From contig OY843751.1 of the NCBI GenBank assembly GCA_963693055.1, forward strand, positions 6,048,001 to 6,112,000: a stretch of DNA of 64,000 bases, given 5' to 3'. Below are positions 10,578 through 20,708 of the stretch, piece by piece (the stretch's first letter is position 1; the number at the start of each line of letters is the position of its first letter). The stretch comes from a bacterium (GTDB lineage: Bacteria; Zhuqueibacterota; Zhuqueibacteria; Residuimicrobiales; Krinioviventaceae). Position numbers and translations under genes: made by a program. The notes below the pieces were generated by a model. It worked only from the letters and a program-made list of their open reading frames with translations. It made no database searches and had not been told where the DNA came from.

Positions 10578-11954
10578 TGTTTTAATCGGATAATCTTTAC
10601 TCGGCACTAAAGCCTCTTTCATGAATTCTTCAAGCTGTTTAACCACATCCGGGTGTTGGTCGGCAATGTTATTTTCCTCACCCAGGTCTTTTTCCAGATC
10701 GTACAATTCGAGTGATGCATGGGCGCTTTGTCGTATGCCTTTCCATTTACCGGAACGTACGGCCTGCATGAAATTGTCGCGAACGTGACCGTAATCCCAG
10801 TATAGATATTTGTGTTGTTGTTTTTGTTCTTTACCGAGCAGGGTCGGAAGAACGCTGAAACCGTCAATGTTTTGGGGCGGTTCAATTCCCACCAGTTCCG
10901 CAAAGGTTGGTAACATGTCCCAAAAGGCAAAGATCTGATCCGATGTTTTTCCGGCAGGGACTTTGTTTTTCCATCGCGCAATAAAGGGGATGCGGATTCC
11001 ACCTTCGTACATGTCACGTTTATATCCTTTCAGAGGACCGTTACTGCTAAAAAATTCTGCATCATGTAAACTGCTGCCGTTATAGGGGCCATTATCGCTG
11101 GTGAATATGATCAGTGTATTTTCTTCAAGACCCAGGGATTTGATCTGTTCCATTATTTTACCCACATCTTTATCCATACGCGTGATCATGGCGGCATAGT
11201 TTTTCTCAATCTGCGGCCAGTCTTTGTTTGTATAGGGTGCGTCGTCGGGTACGATGTAATGTTCCGGCGTATCGTCGGGGTAATCTGAATAGTGCGGAAT
11301 GGTATAAGCCAGGTAGAGATAAAACGGGTGCTGCTGATGTTTATCTATAAAGGACTGTGCATGTTCAGTAAACAAATCATGGGTATATTCTTTTTTCTCT
11401 TCAGCGCGATTGCCAAAGAGAAGACGGATCTTGTCATTTTCCCAAAGGTAATCGGGGTAATAGAAATGCGCCTGGTCCTGGTTGAGGTGCCCCAGGAAAT
11501 CATCAAAGCCCTGCATATTTGCAACACCCCATGAACCGGGATTGCCCAGGCTCCACTTGCCTATTCCACCGGTACGGTAACCTGCCTGTTTCATTAGTTC
11601 CGCAATGGTAAAATCATCCGGCTGTAAAAATACACCGTGGGGTAAATTGTCTCTGACGCGATTATGTCCGTTATGTTTTCCGGTCATTAAACTACAGCGT
11701 GAAGGTGCGCAAACTGTTGATCCGGCATACGCCTGGGTAAACCGTGTGCCCTGTTGTGCGAGTTTGTCTATGTTTGGGGTCTTGATCATTTTCTGACCAT
11801 AGCAACCCAAATCGCCATAGCCCAAATCATCTGCCATGATAAAAATGATATTGGGTCGATTAATTGGAGGAGTAGATGCTGCTTTTGCAATTGCAGGAAT
11901 GGTAGACATCGCCAGACCTGCACCAATTGTTTTCATAAAGTGTCTGCGGTCCAT
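10572..11954 (-). CDS. Arylsulfatase (S1 family), TAT-exported
   Basis: MDRRHF twin-arginine signal; PNIIFIMADDLG, CAPSRCSLMTG, GKW, FTSDNG. Confidence 0.92.
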   Translation of the reverse strand: MDRRHFMKTIGAGLAMSTIPAIAKAASTPPINRPNIIFIMADDLGYGDLGCYGQKMIKTPNIDKLAQQGTRFTQAYAGSTVCAPSRCSLMTGKHNGHNRVRDNLPHGVFLQPDDFTIAELMKQAGYRTGGIGKWSLGNPGSWGVANMQGFDDFLGHLNQDQAHFYYPDYLWENDKIRLLFGNRAEEKKEYTHDLFTEHAQSFIDKHQQHPFYLYLAYTIPHYSDYPDDTPEHYIVPDDAPYTNKDWPQIEKNYAAMITRMDKDVGKIMEQIKSLGLEENTLIIFTSDNGPYNGSSLHDAEFFSSNGPLKGYKRDMYEGGIRIPFIARWKNKVPAGKTSDQIFAFWDMLPTFAELVGIEPPQNIDGFSVLPTLLGKEQKQQHKYLYWDYGHVRDNFMQAVRSGKWKGIRQSAHASLELYDLEKDLGEENNIADQHPDVVKQLEEFMKEALVPSKDYPIKTL

Positions 11955-12076
11955 TTGTAAATCCTCTGTTTTTTTCAAGTGCGTCGCCTTTATATGATAA
12001 AAGTTATTTAGTTCATCATATAAAGGCGGTTTAATCACTCGAAAATTTTTAAGAATATGTTTTGGTTTGTTTTTTA

Positions 12077-13354
12077 TTAAAACCGGTTGTGCGAACCGGG
12101 AAGCTCTCCATGTACTGATATCGCGATTAGTGCTAGTATTGCAATGATAGCGATCATTACCGGTATGATGATTCCCCAGCGAAGAGCTGTTTCTTTGGGA
12201 TAGTGCTCAAATTCATATATTTCAGCCTTGCCTTTGATCTTCCAAATCAGCAGCGTAATGAACAAGACAACCCAATACAAATAATGATTCAAGCCAGTCA
12301 TACCATAGAAAAAACCGGTAACAATATGACTCATAAGTATATATGCTATTGAAGTAATTAAAAACATTGTAAAGAGATATTCAGGATTCTTCTCGGTCTG
12401 TTTTTCATAGCGTTTCCAAAGGATAACTGCAATTATGGTAGAGATAACAACAATATCCCATCCCAGAATGCGTTGGCCCATAACAAAACCGCTAATATCG
12501 GTTTTCTGTAATTGTTCTGCCATGTTTACCAGACGGTTCCAGTGAAAAGCATGAATAATATTAATTCCCGGTAGAATACCCACCATACCAATTAGTGCCC
12601 ACATGTTTACCCGTTTTGAAAGAGGAGGGATTTCCGGCCATTGTCGCCGGGTTACACCATAGGCCATGCCCAATCCACCGAAAAAGCCCAGTGAAAATTC
12701 CATAACGTTCCACCAGTTAAAAGAAATACCAGAAGTGGCTCCAAGCACCTGTAAAAAGTTGCCAAAGGCAAAACCAAAACCAGCACCCAAAGCAGAATAC
12801 CCGGCTACTACCAAAGCATTACCAAAACCATTACGTTGACAATACCATGCGAGTGCAAGAGCGGCACCCAGAGTCATAGCCCATGCTTCGGAACGGGGAG
12901 GAGTCATATTCCATTCAAACTGGTAAATAATGATGGCCCATACCAATAATCCGATAGCTACCATTTCGGCAATTAAAGTAGCCCAGTTGGGCTTGTGGTC
13001 TTTACGGGTTTCCAATCCTAATCCTAGCAGACCACCACCAATATATCCATACAAACCACCAATAACACCCAACATTACCAGTCCGTACCAGGCGTTAAAA
13101 AAATCTGTGCTGCGGCCATAACCTACAACAATGCCATAACTCATCATACCGCCTACACCCCAACCAAGTCCTGCCAATAGTGCAATAGCCGGAAGATTTT
13201 GCAGCCAGTCTTTACGACGGGTAGCGATGATCAGTGCCATGGCACCAATACTGCCGGCCCAGGCAGCTCCATATTCATGACCAAAGTGACCGCGCAACGC
13301 CCATGTGAGTCCCAGTGCTAAAGCAGTAATTAATAGTATGTAAGAACGTTTCAT
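12077..13354 (-). CDS. Multi-pass membrane protein of unknown function
   Basis: Many hydrophobic Gly-rich segments; WALRGHFGHEYGA N-terminal motif. Confidence 0.7.
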   Translation of the reverse strand: MKRSYILLITALALGLTWALRGHFGHEYGAAWAGSIGAMALIIATRRKDWLQNLPAIALLAGLGWGVGGMMSYGIVVGYGRSTDFFNAWYGLVMLGVIGGLYGYIGGGLLGLGLETRKDHKPNWATLIAEMVAIGLLVWAIIIYQFEWNMTPPRSEAWAMTLGAALALAWYCQRNGFGNALVVAGYSALGAGFGFAFGNFLQVLGATSGISFNWWNVMEFSLGFFGGLGMAYGVTRRQWPEIPPLSKRVNMWALIGMVGILPGINIIHAFHWNRLVNMAEQLQKTDISGFVMGQRILGWDIVVISTIIAVILWKRYEKQTEKNPEYLFTMFLITSIAYILMSHIVTGFFYGMTGLNHYLYWVVLFITLLIWKIKGKAEIYEFEHYPKETALRWGIIIPVMIAIIAILALIAISVHGELPGSHNRF

Positions 13355-13456
13355 GTTTTATCTCCTCTACGAATAAATATAGTATAATTGTTACAAGTAA
13401 AGGATGCAATAGAAAAATAAATAAAGAGAGAAATATAAACAGAAAGGAATGGATAA

Positions 13457-13497
13457 AAACCGTGGATGAAATGGGTTAAATAATTCATCCACGGTTT
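13457..13497. terminator. Hairpin downstream of the outer-membrane protein gene
   Basis: AAACCGTGGATGAA...TTCATCCACGGTTT inverted repeat. Confidence 0.55.
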
Positions 13498-13517
13498 GAA
13501 AGGGGTAAAAGGATGTT

Positions 13518-14027
13518 TTATTTTAAAAAGCCGGTAATTCCCATTTGAATACCAAAAACATTGTCATCTGATCCGTCTGAAGAAACATTTGAAAAATACA
13601 ATTCTGGTGACAGAGCTATTGCAGAGTTGAGCATATATGCAATACCTGCAGAAAGGCTTAGGTTTGTAGTTGTATTATCGTTGTTAGAATTACCGTTAAC
13701 AGTTATACTGCCACTGATATAGGGATAGGTTTTATCGGGAGTCCGTTCCCAGAAAATGTAAAGGATTGGTCCCAGACCATAAAACGTATAATCCCAGTTT
13801 TTTTTGGTATGGTACTCAATATTTGCTATTCCACCCAAAGCGACCTGATCATTTATAAAAGATGCAATCGAAGTACCCAAATTAATATTCGTGTAATCAT
13901 CGTTAATGCTAAAACTGAGATCGCTTTTTCCATCTATGAGTTTAGATGATTTTGAAAATGGAGCCGAAAAAGCCATGGTAGAGACGAGTAAATATGTACC
14001 CATACAAAGAATTATCGTGTTTCTCAT
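13518..14027 (-). CDS. Small outer-membrane beta-barrel protein
   Basis: Signal peptide, amphipathic beta strands, aromatic residue near C-terminus (GFLK). Confidence 0.65.
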   Translation of the reverse strand: MRNTIILCMGTYLLVSTMAFSAPFSKSSKLIDGKSDLSFSINDDYTNINLGTSIASFINDQVALGGIANIEYHTKKNWDYTFYGLGPILYIFWERTPDKTYPYISGSITVNGNSNNDNTTTNLSLSAGIAYMLNSAIALSPELYFSNVSSDGSDDNVFGIQMGITGFLK

Positions 14028-14162
14028 TTTATTCCCCTGATTGTAATTATTATGGAATTATAATGGATTAAACTTTTCAAGTAGAAAATTGTTCCGAAAA
14101 ATATAATAGTATTTTGTGAGACAGAAAATAATTCTGCCTCACAATTAAAGATGAAAATTCTC

Positions 14163-15515
14163 TTATACTGCTAAATCTGCTCCGCGAGCGGTCACAATTT
14201 TTATGACATCTTGAGGGTCAATGTCGCGGGGATTGCAATTTTTTTGTACGCACAAGGCAGCGGTTATGCCGGCAGCCTGACCCATCATAGAGCCGGAGGT
14301 ACTGACTCTTGCGGAGGATAATGCCAACTGATCAGCGGAAAAACACCGTCCTGCCATCATCAGGTTTGTTCCGTCTTTAGCGACAAGGCTACGCAAAGGG
14401 ATCTGATAGGGAGGCACCTCTAGTTCGTCTTTAGGAAGAATGTAGGTGCGTTTGTCATCATCGGGTTTATGACCGTCCAAATAAAAAGTGCCTCGAGCCA
14501 CACCATCGTCAAACGCACGACCGGCACGCAGGTCATCCACATTTAAAACATAGTCACCTTTGATTCGACATCCCTCACGCGTACCAATAATAGGACTGCA
14601 ATGGTCAAGGCGCCAGGGTTTGTTTTCAACACGTTGATGGTAATCCATCACCTCCATCATACGCCGACGTCCCTGAATTTCGGCAGCTGTCATGGATTCT
14701 GTATCTGTAGAATCGAACATGGGGACCTTTATCTTGATGGCGTTGCCTCCGGGGCCATCGGGCCAGATGCTGGTCATGGGGAGGTCGTCTTTGGTACGCA
14801 CAGGATTCAAACAACCTTCGGGCAAATGCGGTGTTGCAAGTTCCGGTTTAACATGGCGTACAAAATACATCATTGACATGGGGAGTTGGTAGCCGCTGGG
14901 ACCGCCCTTAATCGTCTCAAATCCTGCATAGCGGGCAACATCAGCTTCGCCAGAGCAATCGATAAATTGTTTCGCTCGAATGGCTTGCATACCGCTTTTT
15001 CCGCAGATGATGCATTCTTTTATGTGCCCTTTATCGTTTACATTTACATCTACAAAGCGGGTGTGAAGCAGCAGTTTTACATTGCGCTTTAGCAGCATTT
15101 CCTGCAATATAACAGCAAGTATCTCGTAATGGAATACACTATTTTTAGTCTCGTTTCCCAATGCGTTAAATTGACGCAGATTGGTGAGGATGGATTCAAA
15201 GACTTCGCCCTGCTTTTCCATCTGTCCGCAAAAGTTTGCAACACCACCCGTAGTAAGCATACCACCGGTTACGGCAAAACGCTCAACAAGCAGAACGCTG
15301 GCACCGGATTTAGCTGCGGCGCATGCCGCCGATACCCCGGCTATCCCGCCACCAATAACAGCAATGTCTACATCATATTTAACCGGGATTTGCCTTGACA
15401 TTGTAACAGTTTGATTGTTTTTACGGGTATTTGCTAAAAGCTTTTTACTACCGGGAACGGTTAATGCCGCCGCAGCGGGTACTCCCAGAGATTTAATAAA
15501 TTGTCGTCTTTTCAT
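14163..15515 (-). CDS. FAD-dependent oxidoreductase (FAD_oxidored family), TAT-exported
   Basis: MKRRQF signal; VIGGGIAG Rossmann motif; IDCSGEAD; PYQIPLRSL; AGRCFS..MGQAAG. Confidence 0.88.
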   Translation of the reverse strand: MKRRQFIKSLGVPAAAALTVPGSKKLLANTRKNNQTVTMSRQIPVKYDVDIAVIGGGIAGVSAACAAAKSGASVLLVERFAVTGGMLTTGGVANFCGQMEKQGEVFESILTNLRQFNALGNETKNSVFHYEILAVILQEMLLKRNVKLLLHTRFVDVNVNDKGHIKECIICGKSGMQAIRAKQFIDCSGEADVARYAGFETIKGGPSGYQLPMSMMYFVRHVKPELATPHLPEGCLNPVRTKDDLPMTSIWPDGPGGNAIKIKVPMFDSTDTESMTAAEIQGRRRMMEVMDYHQRVENKPWRLDHCSPIIGTREGCRIKGDYVLNVDDLRAGRAFDDGVARGTFYLDGHKPDDDKRTYILPKDELEVPPYQIPLRSLVAKDGTNLMMAGRCFSADQLALSSARVSTSGSMMGQAAGITAALCVQKNCNPRDIDPQDVIKIVTARGADLAV

Positions 15516-15605
15516 AATTACCTACTCTACGATTGTCTTTTTTGAAACATAGCAAATTAAAAACTAAATTTCAATATTTTTCGAATACGCGAATTTCGAC
15601 AATAC

Positions 15606-15800
15606 TTGTTAGCTGCATGTAGTGATGATCCGATATCCAGTGGAAACGCTCCTTCGGACCATACGATAAACAAGGATGGAGTTAAGCATGAAACCGGACT
15701 TTCGAATTCTCCCCAGAACTGTGTCTCATGTCATGGTTCTGATCTCAAAGGGGGAGATGTGGGCGTATCCTGCTTTTCGTGTCATGGCAAAAAATGGTAG
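15606..15800 (+). pseudogene. 5'-truncated small diheme c-type cytochrome lipoprotein
   Basis: CVSCH and CFSCH heme motifs; lipobox LAAC at the very start; in-frame TAA at 15558 with no ATG or hydrophobic signal between. Confidence 0.55.
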
Positions 15801-15810
15801 AGTAACGATA

Positions 15811-15838
15811 ATAGCAGTCCGGGGATAACCGGACTGCT
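15811..15838 (+). terminator. Hairpin after the cytochrome fragment
   Basis: TAGCAGTCCGG..CCGGACTGCTA. Confidence 0.55.
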
Positions 15839-15911
15839 AAATAAAAGGATTGAATTCCTGCCAATATTCTCTTATCTTTTTAATTCATGACCAGATAGAT
15901 AGGAGACTATA

Positions 15912-17915
15912 TTGAAAAATACCCTGAAAAGTATTATTCTTTTTTGTATGGTTACTGCAAGCTTGTATGCATCAGATAGTAAAAAACTTGTGATTGAACG
16001 ATACAGAGAGCTGCTTTTAAAAAACAGTACTGCTCCTGATAATCAGTTAATTGCAGGATATATGGATACTCTATTACCTGATGGAACCTGGTCGGATATT
16101 GATTATACGAATCAATCCCGTGCTGATTGGAAACCCTCTCATCATTTAAGACGAATCTTGACTACTTCTTATGCTTTAGCCAAAAACAGCCTTCCTGATG
16201 AAAAACGCAAGGAATATCTTGAAAAGGTAGAGCTGGCATTAAAACACTGGACGGATGAGCGTTACCAATGTGATAACTGGTGGCACAACCGCATCGGCGT
16301 TCCAAGAAATATGCGAGATATTATTATCCTTTTGGGTAAAGATCTATCAGGAGAGCAACGAAAAGCGTGCCTTGAGGTAGTGAATCAATTGAAAATATAC
16401 AAAACCGGGGCCAACCTGATATGGAGTTCTGAACTGGCTTTGCACCATGGTTGTATGACAAATGATGAAGAACAGATAAAGCATGCCCTATCTACAGTTG
16501 AGGGCGAAATTGTGAATACAAAGCCAGAAGGGATTCAACAGGATTGGAGCTTTTTCCAGCACCATGAGCGATTACAAATTTTTCACTATGGCTATGTGTA
16601 TCTGGATATTATTGTCAAGATTGGCTGGCAGGTACAGGGAACAGACTGGGATATACCTGACGAAAAAAAACAGATCATTACAAATTATATTTTAAATGGG
16701 ATACAATGGATGTGCCGGGGAGAATATACGGTTCCATCTACTATGGACAGAGGGGCGAGTCGAAAAGGCAGTTTGTATATACCCTACTTGAAGACTTGTG
16801 TTGATATGTGGAAACAGGTAGATCATAAAAATACAGCGGTATTGGAATATTTCATTGAGGCTAGTAAAGCCGGCATCTCTGCAGTACAGGGATATAAGCA
16901 TTTTCCGGATGCGGATTTTAGTGTTTATCATTTACCGGAGAGCAGTATCTTTTTAAAAACCGTTTCTACCCGCACGCTTTTAACCGAGACTACCAATAGT
17001 GAAAACCTTATGGGTAAACCCTATCTCAATTGCGGAGATCATTATGTGTTACAGTCTGGTAAAGAATATAACAACATTCAACCCCTTTGGGATTGGCAGC
17101 ATTTACCCGGATTAACAGTAGTGGATGACAGTACAAAGCAAATACAAACAGATTTTTGCGGAGGTGTTGGTAGAGAAAAAGACGGAGTAACTGCAATGCA
17201 GTACCTGCGTAAAGGTGAAAACGGTGAATTGTCTGTTAATAAATTATGGGCTTTTCACGAGGGGATAATGATTTGTCTAATTGGCGGTCTAAAAGCAGAT
17301 AATTTATCCAATCCGGTTACTTCACTTGAGCAAAATTGGCTCAAAGACGACTTGGTATATGCAGTAAATGGAAAAGTAAACCGACCGGTCAATTCTGAAA
17401 TAATCGTTGAACATGTTGATTGGGTGCTGCATAATGGCATTGGTTATATTCCTGTAAATGGTAATTTGTCAATTCACGCGGGCGAGGTAGACGGATCTTG
17501 GGGTAGAATCAATATCCAGTATGATTCTTCCAAAGTAACGGGAGATGTGTTTAAACTGCAGCTTTTACATGGTGATAATCCTCAGGCATCAGGATATTTA
17601 GTTATCCCCAATACGGATGAAGCGTCTATGAAAATGTGGATAACTCTGCCGGACTGGCAAGTGCTGCAAAACGACGATACCGCCCAAATCCTCAAATTTT
17701 CTGATGGAACCTATATGGCAGCGGTGTATGATCCTGCTTTTTGCAGTAAATTATACCCTTGTGTGGAAAAGTCCTGTATAATGATTTGGGATGAGAATAA
17801 TTTGTGGATAACTGATCCTACACAAAAAGGCGGCAAAACAACAATAACCTATCAAGGTAAAAGTTATCCACAAGTTTTACCGGAAAAAGGGCGGGCTGTA
17901 CAGATCAAGTGGTGA
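15912..17915 (+). CDS. Polysaccharide lyase family 8 (chondroitin/hyaluronate/xanthan lyase-like)
   Basis: DGTWSDIDY, NWWHNRIGVP, TGANLIW, GIQQDWSFFQH, WDWQHLPG. Confidence 0.88.
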   Translation: MKNTLKSIILFCMVTASLYASDSKKLVIERYRELLLKNSTAPDNQLIAGYMDTLLPDGTWSDIDYTNQSRADWKPSHHLRRILTTSYALAKNSLPDEKRKEYLEKVELALKHWTDERYQCDNWWHNRIGVPRNMRDIIILLGKDLSGEQRKACLEVVNQLKIYKTGANLIWSSELALHHGCMTNDEEQIKHALSTVEGEIVNTKPEGIQQDWSFFQHHERLQIFHYGYVYLDIIVKIGWQVQGTDWDIPDEKKQIITNYILNGIQWMCRGEYTVPSTMDRGASRKGSLYIPYLKTCVDMWKQVDHKNTAVLEYFIEASKAGISAVQGYKHFPDADFSVYHLPESSIFLKTVSTRTLLTETTNSENLMGKPYLNCGDHYVLQSGKEYNNIQPLWDWQHLPGLTVVDDSTKQIQTDFCGGVGREKDGVTAMQYLRKGENGELSVNKLWAFHEGIMICLIGGLKADNLSNPVTSLEQNWLKDDLVYAVNGKVNRPVNSEIIVEHVDWVLHNGIGYIPVNGNLSIHAGEVDGSWGRINIQYDSSKVTGDVFKLQLLHGDNPQASGYLVIPNTDEASMKMWITLPDWQVLQNDDTAQILKFSDGTYMAAVYDPAFCSKLYPCVEKSCIMIWDENNLWITDPTQKGGKTTITYQGKSYPQVLPEKGRAVQIKW

Positions 17916-17985
17916 TGATATTGCGAATATAAACTAAATGAACGTGATGGAGATTATCACCGTTACGTTATTATTGATTAAAGTC

Positions 17986-18924
17986 TCACTCCGGTATAGG
18001 ATCACACCCTAACCCTTCAGGACAAACCTGGGTTTCCGATAACACAAAGTCGTCGAACAGAATCACCTCATCTTTAACGGGCATATAACGCTCGTCACGT
18101 CCGCCATAAAAGGTGGAAAAATACGCACCATCAATCAAAAGCTTGTCTGTGGGAACGGTAGATGCTCTGAATTCGAATCCCCGCAGATCTACAACCAGCT
18201 TGCCATCGTACCAGGCCTGTGCAATACCATTTTTTGCACCAATATTGTTTACTACTACCCTAACAGTGATATGATGCCACTCGCCTTTGGTTAAATGAAT
18301 ATAATCTTTTTTATCCACTTTAGGCATTACACCGGTACTGACATCATGCGGTTTGGGGTTATGCTGGAAATAGTAAACATCTCCCCATTTACCTATCTGA
18401 TCTTTGTGATATACATAGAGTTTAATCTGGTCTTCCGGTCCCCAGTGCATACGACAGCTCCATCCATCTGTACCTGTGGGTTTATTGCCCCCGGTGTTTG
18501 CTTTGCCGCCCACCAGGCCATGAAGTTTCCCACCTGCACGAAATTCGAGCGTATCTGGGAAAAATACCCAATAGCTTAAGAAAGCTTCATAGGCGGGTTC
18601 AATGGGTTTCCAGAACCAGGATGCACCAGAGCGTAAGGACCGAACCTGGCGATGTGGATATTTCACCATCAAGACTTTATCTCTGGCAGGATCTTTATCC
18701 TGAATAATCTGTGCCCGCTGAAACGGCCAATAGGTACCCCACGATTTTAACGATCCAAAATCCCGTTTTACATCAGCATTGCCATACGTTTCATCATCAA
18801 TATGCCGGTTAAAATCAACCCGGGCCTTTACTTCCGGGGGATCAGTATCTTGCTTAACCGGTTGATAACTGCATGAAAAAAACAGAAGAGAAATAGATAA
18901 CAATATTAGAAATCTGACTTGCAT
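17986..18924 (-). CDS. Polysaccharide lyase family 14-like lipoprotein
   Basis: Lipobox FFSC; GGKLHGLVGG, GWSCRMHW, FSTFYGG motifs. Confidence 0.8.
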   Translation of the reverse strand: MQVRFLILLSISLLFFSCSYQPVKQDTDPPEVKARVDFNRHIDDETYGNADVKRDFGSLKSWGTYWPFQRAQIIQDKDPARDKVLMVKYPHRQVRSLRSGASWFWKPIEPAYEAFLSYWVFFPDTLEFRAGGKLHGLVGGKANTGGNKPTGTDGWSCRMHWGPEDQIKLYVYHKDQIGKWGDVYYFQHNPKPHDVSTGVMPKVDKKDYIHLTKGEWHHITVRVVVNNIGAKNGIAQAWYDGKLVVDLRGFEFRASTVPTDKLLIDGAYFSTFYGGRDERYMPVKDEVILFDDFVLSETQVCPEGLGCDPIPE

Positions 18925-19180
18925 ATGTCACTCCCACAATGGATTAAAAATTCTTGGTTAATAACAAAGTCGAATAAAGTTTTGTTCCAATCTATTTCAA
19001 AAATTGAGAATGAAATATTTTCATTCTCAAAAAATATTAGGATAATTGAGATACAATTAATATACTATTTTAGCAATTGTGGGTATTTGCATGGGCAAAG
19101 TTTTCTTTTTGTATAAAACATATATTTGAGTATATCTTTATTAAAATAGAAATATCTATAATTTTTTGAAAGGGGATATT

Positions 19181-20506
19181 ATGTTATTTTATTTAATGCT
19201 TGGAGTCTCGATTATTCAACTAATTATTCTAATGTTTATCTTAATATTAAATTCTAAACACTCAAATTTAATAAGGAATATTGAAGAAATAAAAAGTAAT
19301 ACTATTAGTAACCTAAGAGAAGAATTGCGAATTGCGAGAGAAGAGTCAGGAAGAATATCTCAACAATTAAGACAGGAAATTATTACTTTACAAAATTCTA
19401 ATGCTAAAACTTTAGTTACTACAATAAGTGAAATGGGAAAATCACAAAACACATCTCTAGAATCAGTTACCAAAGAAATAAAAGCTTTGAATTTATCAAA
19501 TGAAAATAGATTAGAAAAACTTAGACAAACAGTAGATGATAAATTAACACGACTTCAAGAAAACAATGAAAAAAAACTAGATGAAATGAGGTTGACTGTT
19601 GATGAAAAGCTTCATAATACATTAGAAAAAAGATTAGGGGAAAGTTTTAAACTTGTGAACCAGCAACTCGAAGCTGTGCAGTTAGGTTTAGGGGAGATGA
19701 GAAGCTTAGCTACAGGTGTTGGTGATTTAAAAAAAGTTCTTTCAAATGTAAAAACTCGAGGAACCTTTGGAGAAGTTCAATTAGGTGCAATATTAGAAGA
19801 AATTTTATCTTCTGAACAATTCGAAAAAAATGTTAGAATAAGGGAGACTTCAAGAGAAATTGTTGAATATGCAGTTCGTTTACCTGGAGCATCTAACGAA
19901 GTGGGAGAATGTATTTATTTACCTATAGATTCTAAATTTCCACAAGAAGATTATCAAAGACTTGTTGATGCTTCAGAAATAGGGGATATAGATAATATCA
20001 AAAATTTTAAAAATTCTCTTGCAAATAATATTAAAAAGAATGCAAAAGACATACAAACAAAGTATATAGTACCTCCCAATACTACCGATTTTGCAATAAT
20101 GTTTCTACCGACAGAGGGATTATATGCTGAAGTTTTAAAATATCCTGGGCTTGTAGATGAGTTGATAAGGAATTATCATATAGTGGTTGCTGGTCCAACA
20201 ACTTTAGCTGCTATATTAAGTAGTCTTAGAATGGGATTTAAAACACTGGCAATTGAAAAAAGATCAAGTGAAGTTTGGAAAATTCTAGGAGCAGTGAAAA
20301 CAGAATTTAGTAAGTATGGTATTGTTTTAGATAAGTTAAAATCTCAGTTAGCAACAGCATCTAAAACAGTAGAAGAAACTGGTAAAAGAACACGTGCTAT
20401 GGAAAGAAAATTATCTGATGTAGAAAAATTACCGGAAAACGAAACATCAAAATTATTAAACATTACTGAAAAATTTATTTCTAATGAAGAGGTTGAATCA
20501 AATTAA
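19181..20506 (+). CDS. rmuC: DNA recombination protein RmuC
   Basis: N-terminal TM + coiled coil; KTRGTFGEVQL, LPIDSKFP, TDFAIMFLPTEGLYAE, GPTTL. Confidence 0.93.
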   Translation: MLFYLMLGVSIIQLIILMFILILNSKHSNLIRNIEEIKSNTISNLREELRIAREESGRISQQLRQEIITLQNSNAKTLVTTISEMGKSQNTSLESVTKEIKALNLSNENRLEKLRQTVDDKLTRLQENNEKKLDEMRLTVDEKLHNTLEKRLGESFKLVNQQLEAVQLGLGEMRSLATGVGDLKKVLSNVKTRGTFGEVQLGAILEEILSSEQFEKNVRIRETSREIVEYAVRLPGASNEVGECIYLPIDSKFPQEDYQRLVDASEIGDIDNIKNFKNSLANNIKKNAKDIQTKYIVPPNTTDFAIMFLPTEGLYAEVLKYPGLVDELIRNYHIVVAGPTTLAAILSSLRMGFKTLAIEKRSSEVWKILGAVKTEFSKYGIVLDKLKSQLATASKTVEETGKRTRAMERKLSDVEKLPENETSKLLNITEKFISNEEVESN

Positions 20507-20609
20507 GTTAGAATCTATTATTTTCAATTTAAATATTTTACACGGATGAATATATTGAATTCAAGGATTTAAAAAAATCGTGACAGAGATTATCTCCGCC
20601 GCATCAGTT

Positions 20610-20708
20610 GGAAGTGTAAAGATTTTTGTGTAAATCATGAACAAGGGTTCAATAACCCGTAGGGTTATTGAATTTCGATCGCTGATTGATTTGCACACAC
20701 TTTTCCAA
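20610..20708 (-). mobile_element. Terminal remnant of a second IS256-family element
   Basis: GGAAGTGTAAAGATTTTTGTGTAAAT resembles the IS256 end at 22015-22040; internal hairpin TTCAATAACCC-GTA-GGGTTATTGAA; cut off at the next IS. Confidence 0.55.

Noticed and set aside
18919-19116. 65-aa ORF upstream of rmuC
   Set aside because: AT-rich intergenic/promoter region, no RBS or motif support.
20539-20551. ACACGGATGAA as the left partner of the 28874 repeat block bracketing the KAP region
   Set aside because: Single 7-10 bp match lacking the AGCC/TAGCC leader; could be chance.
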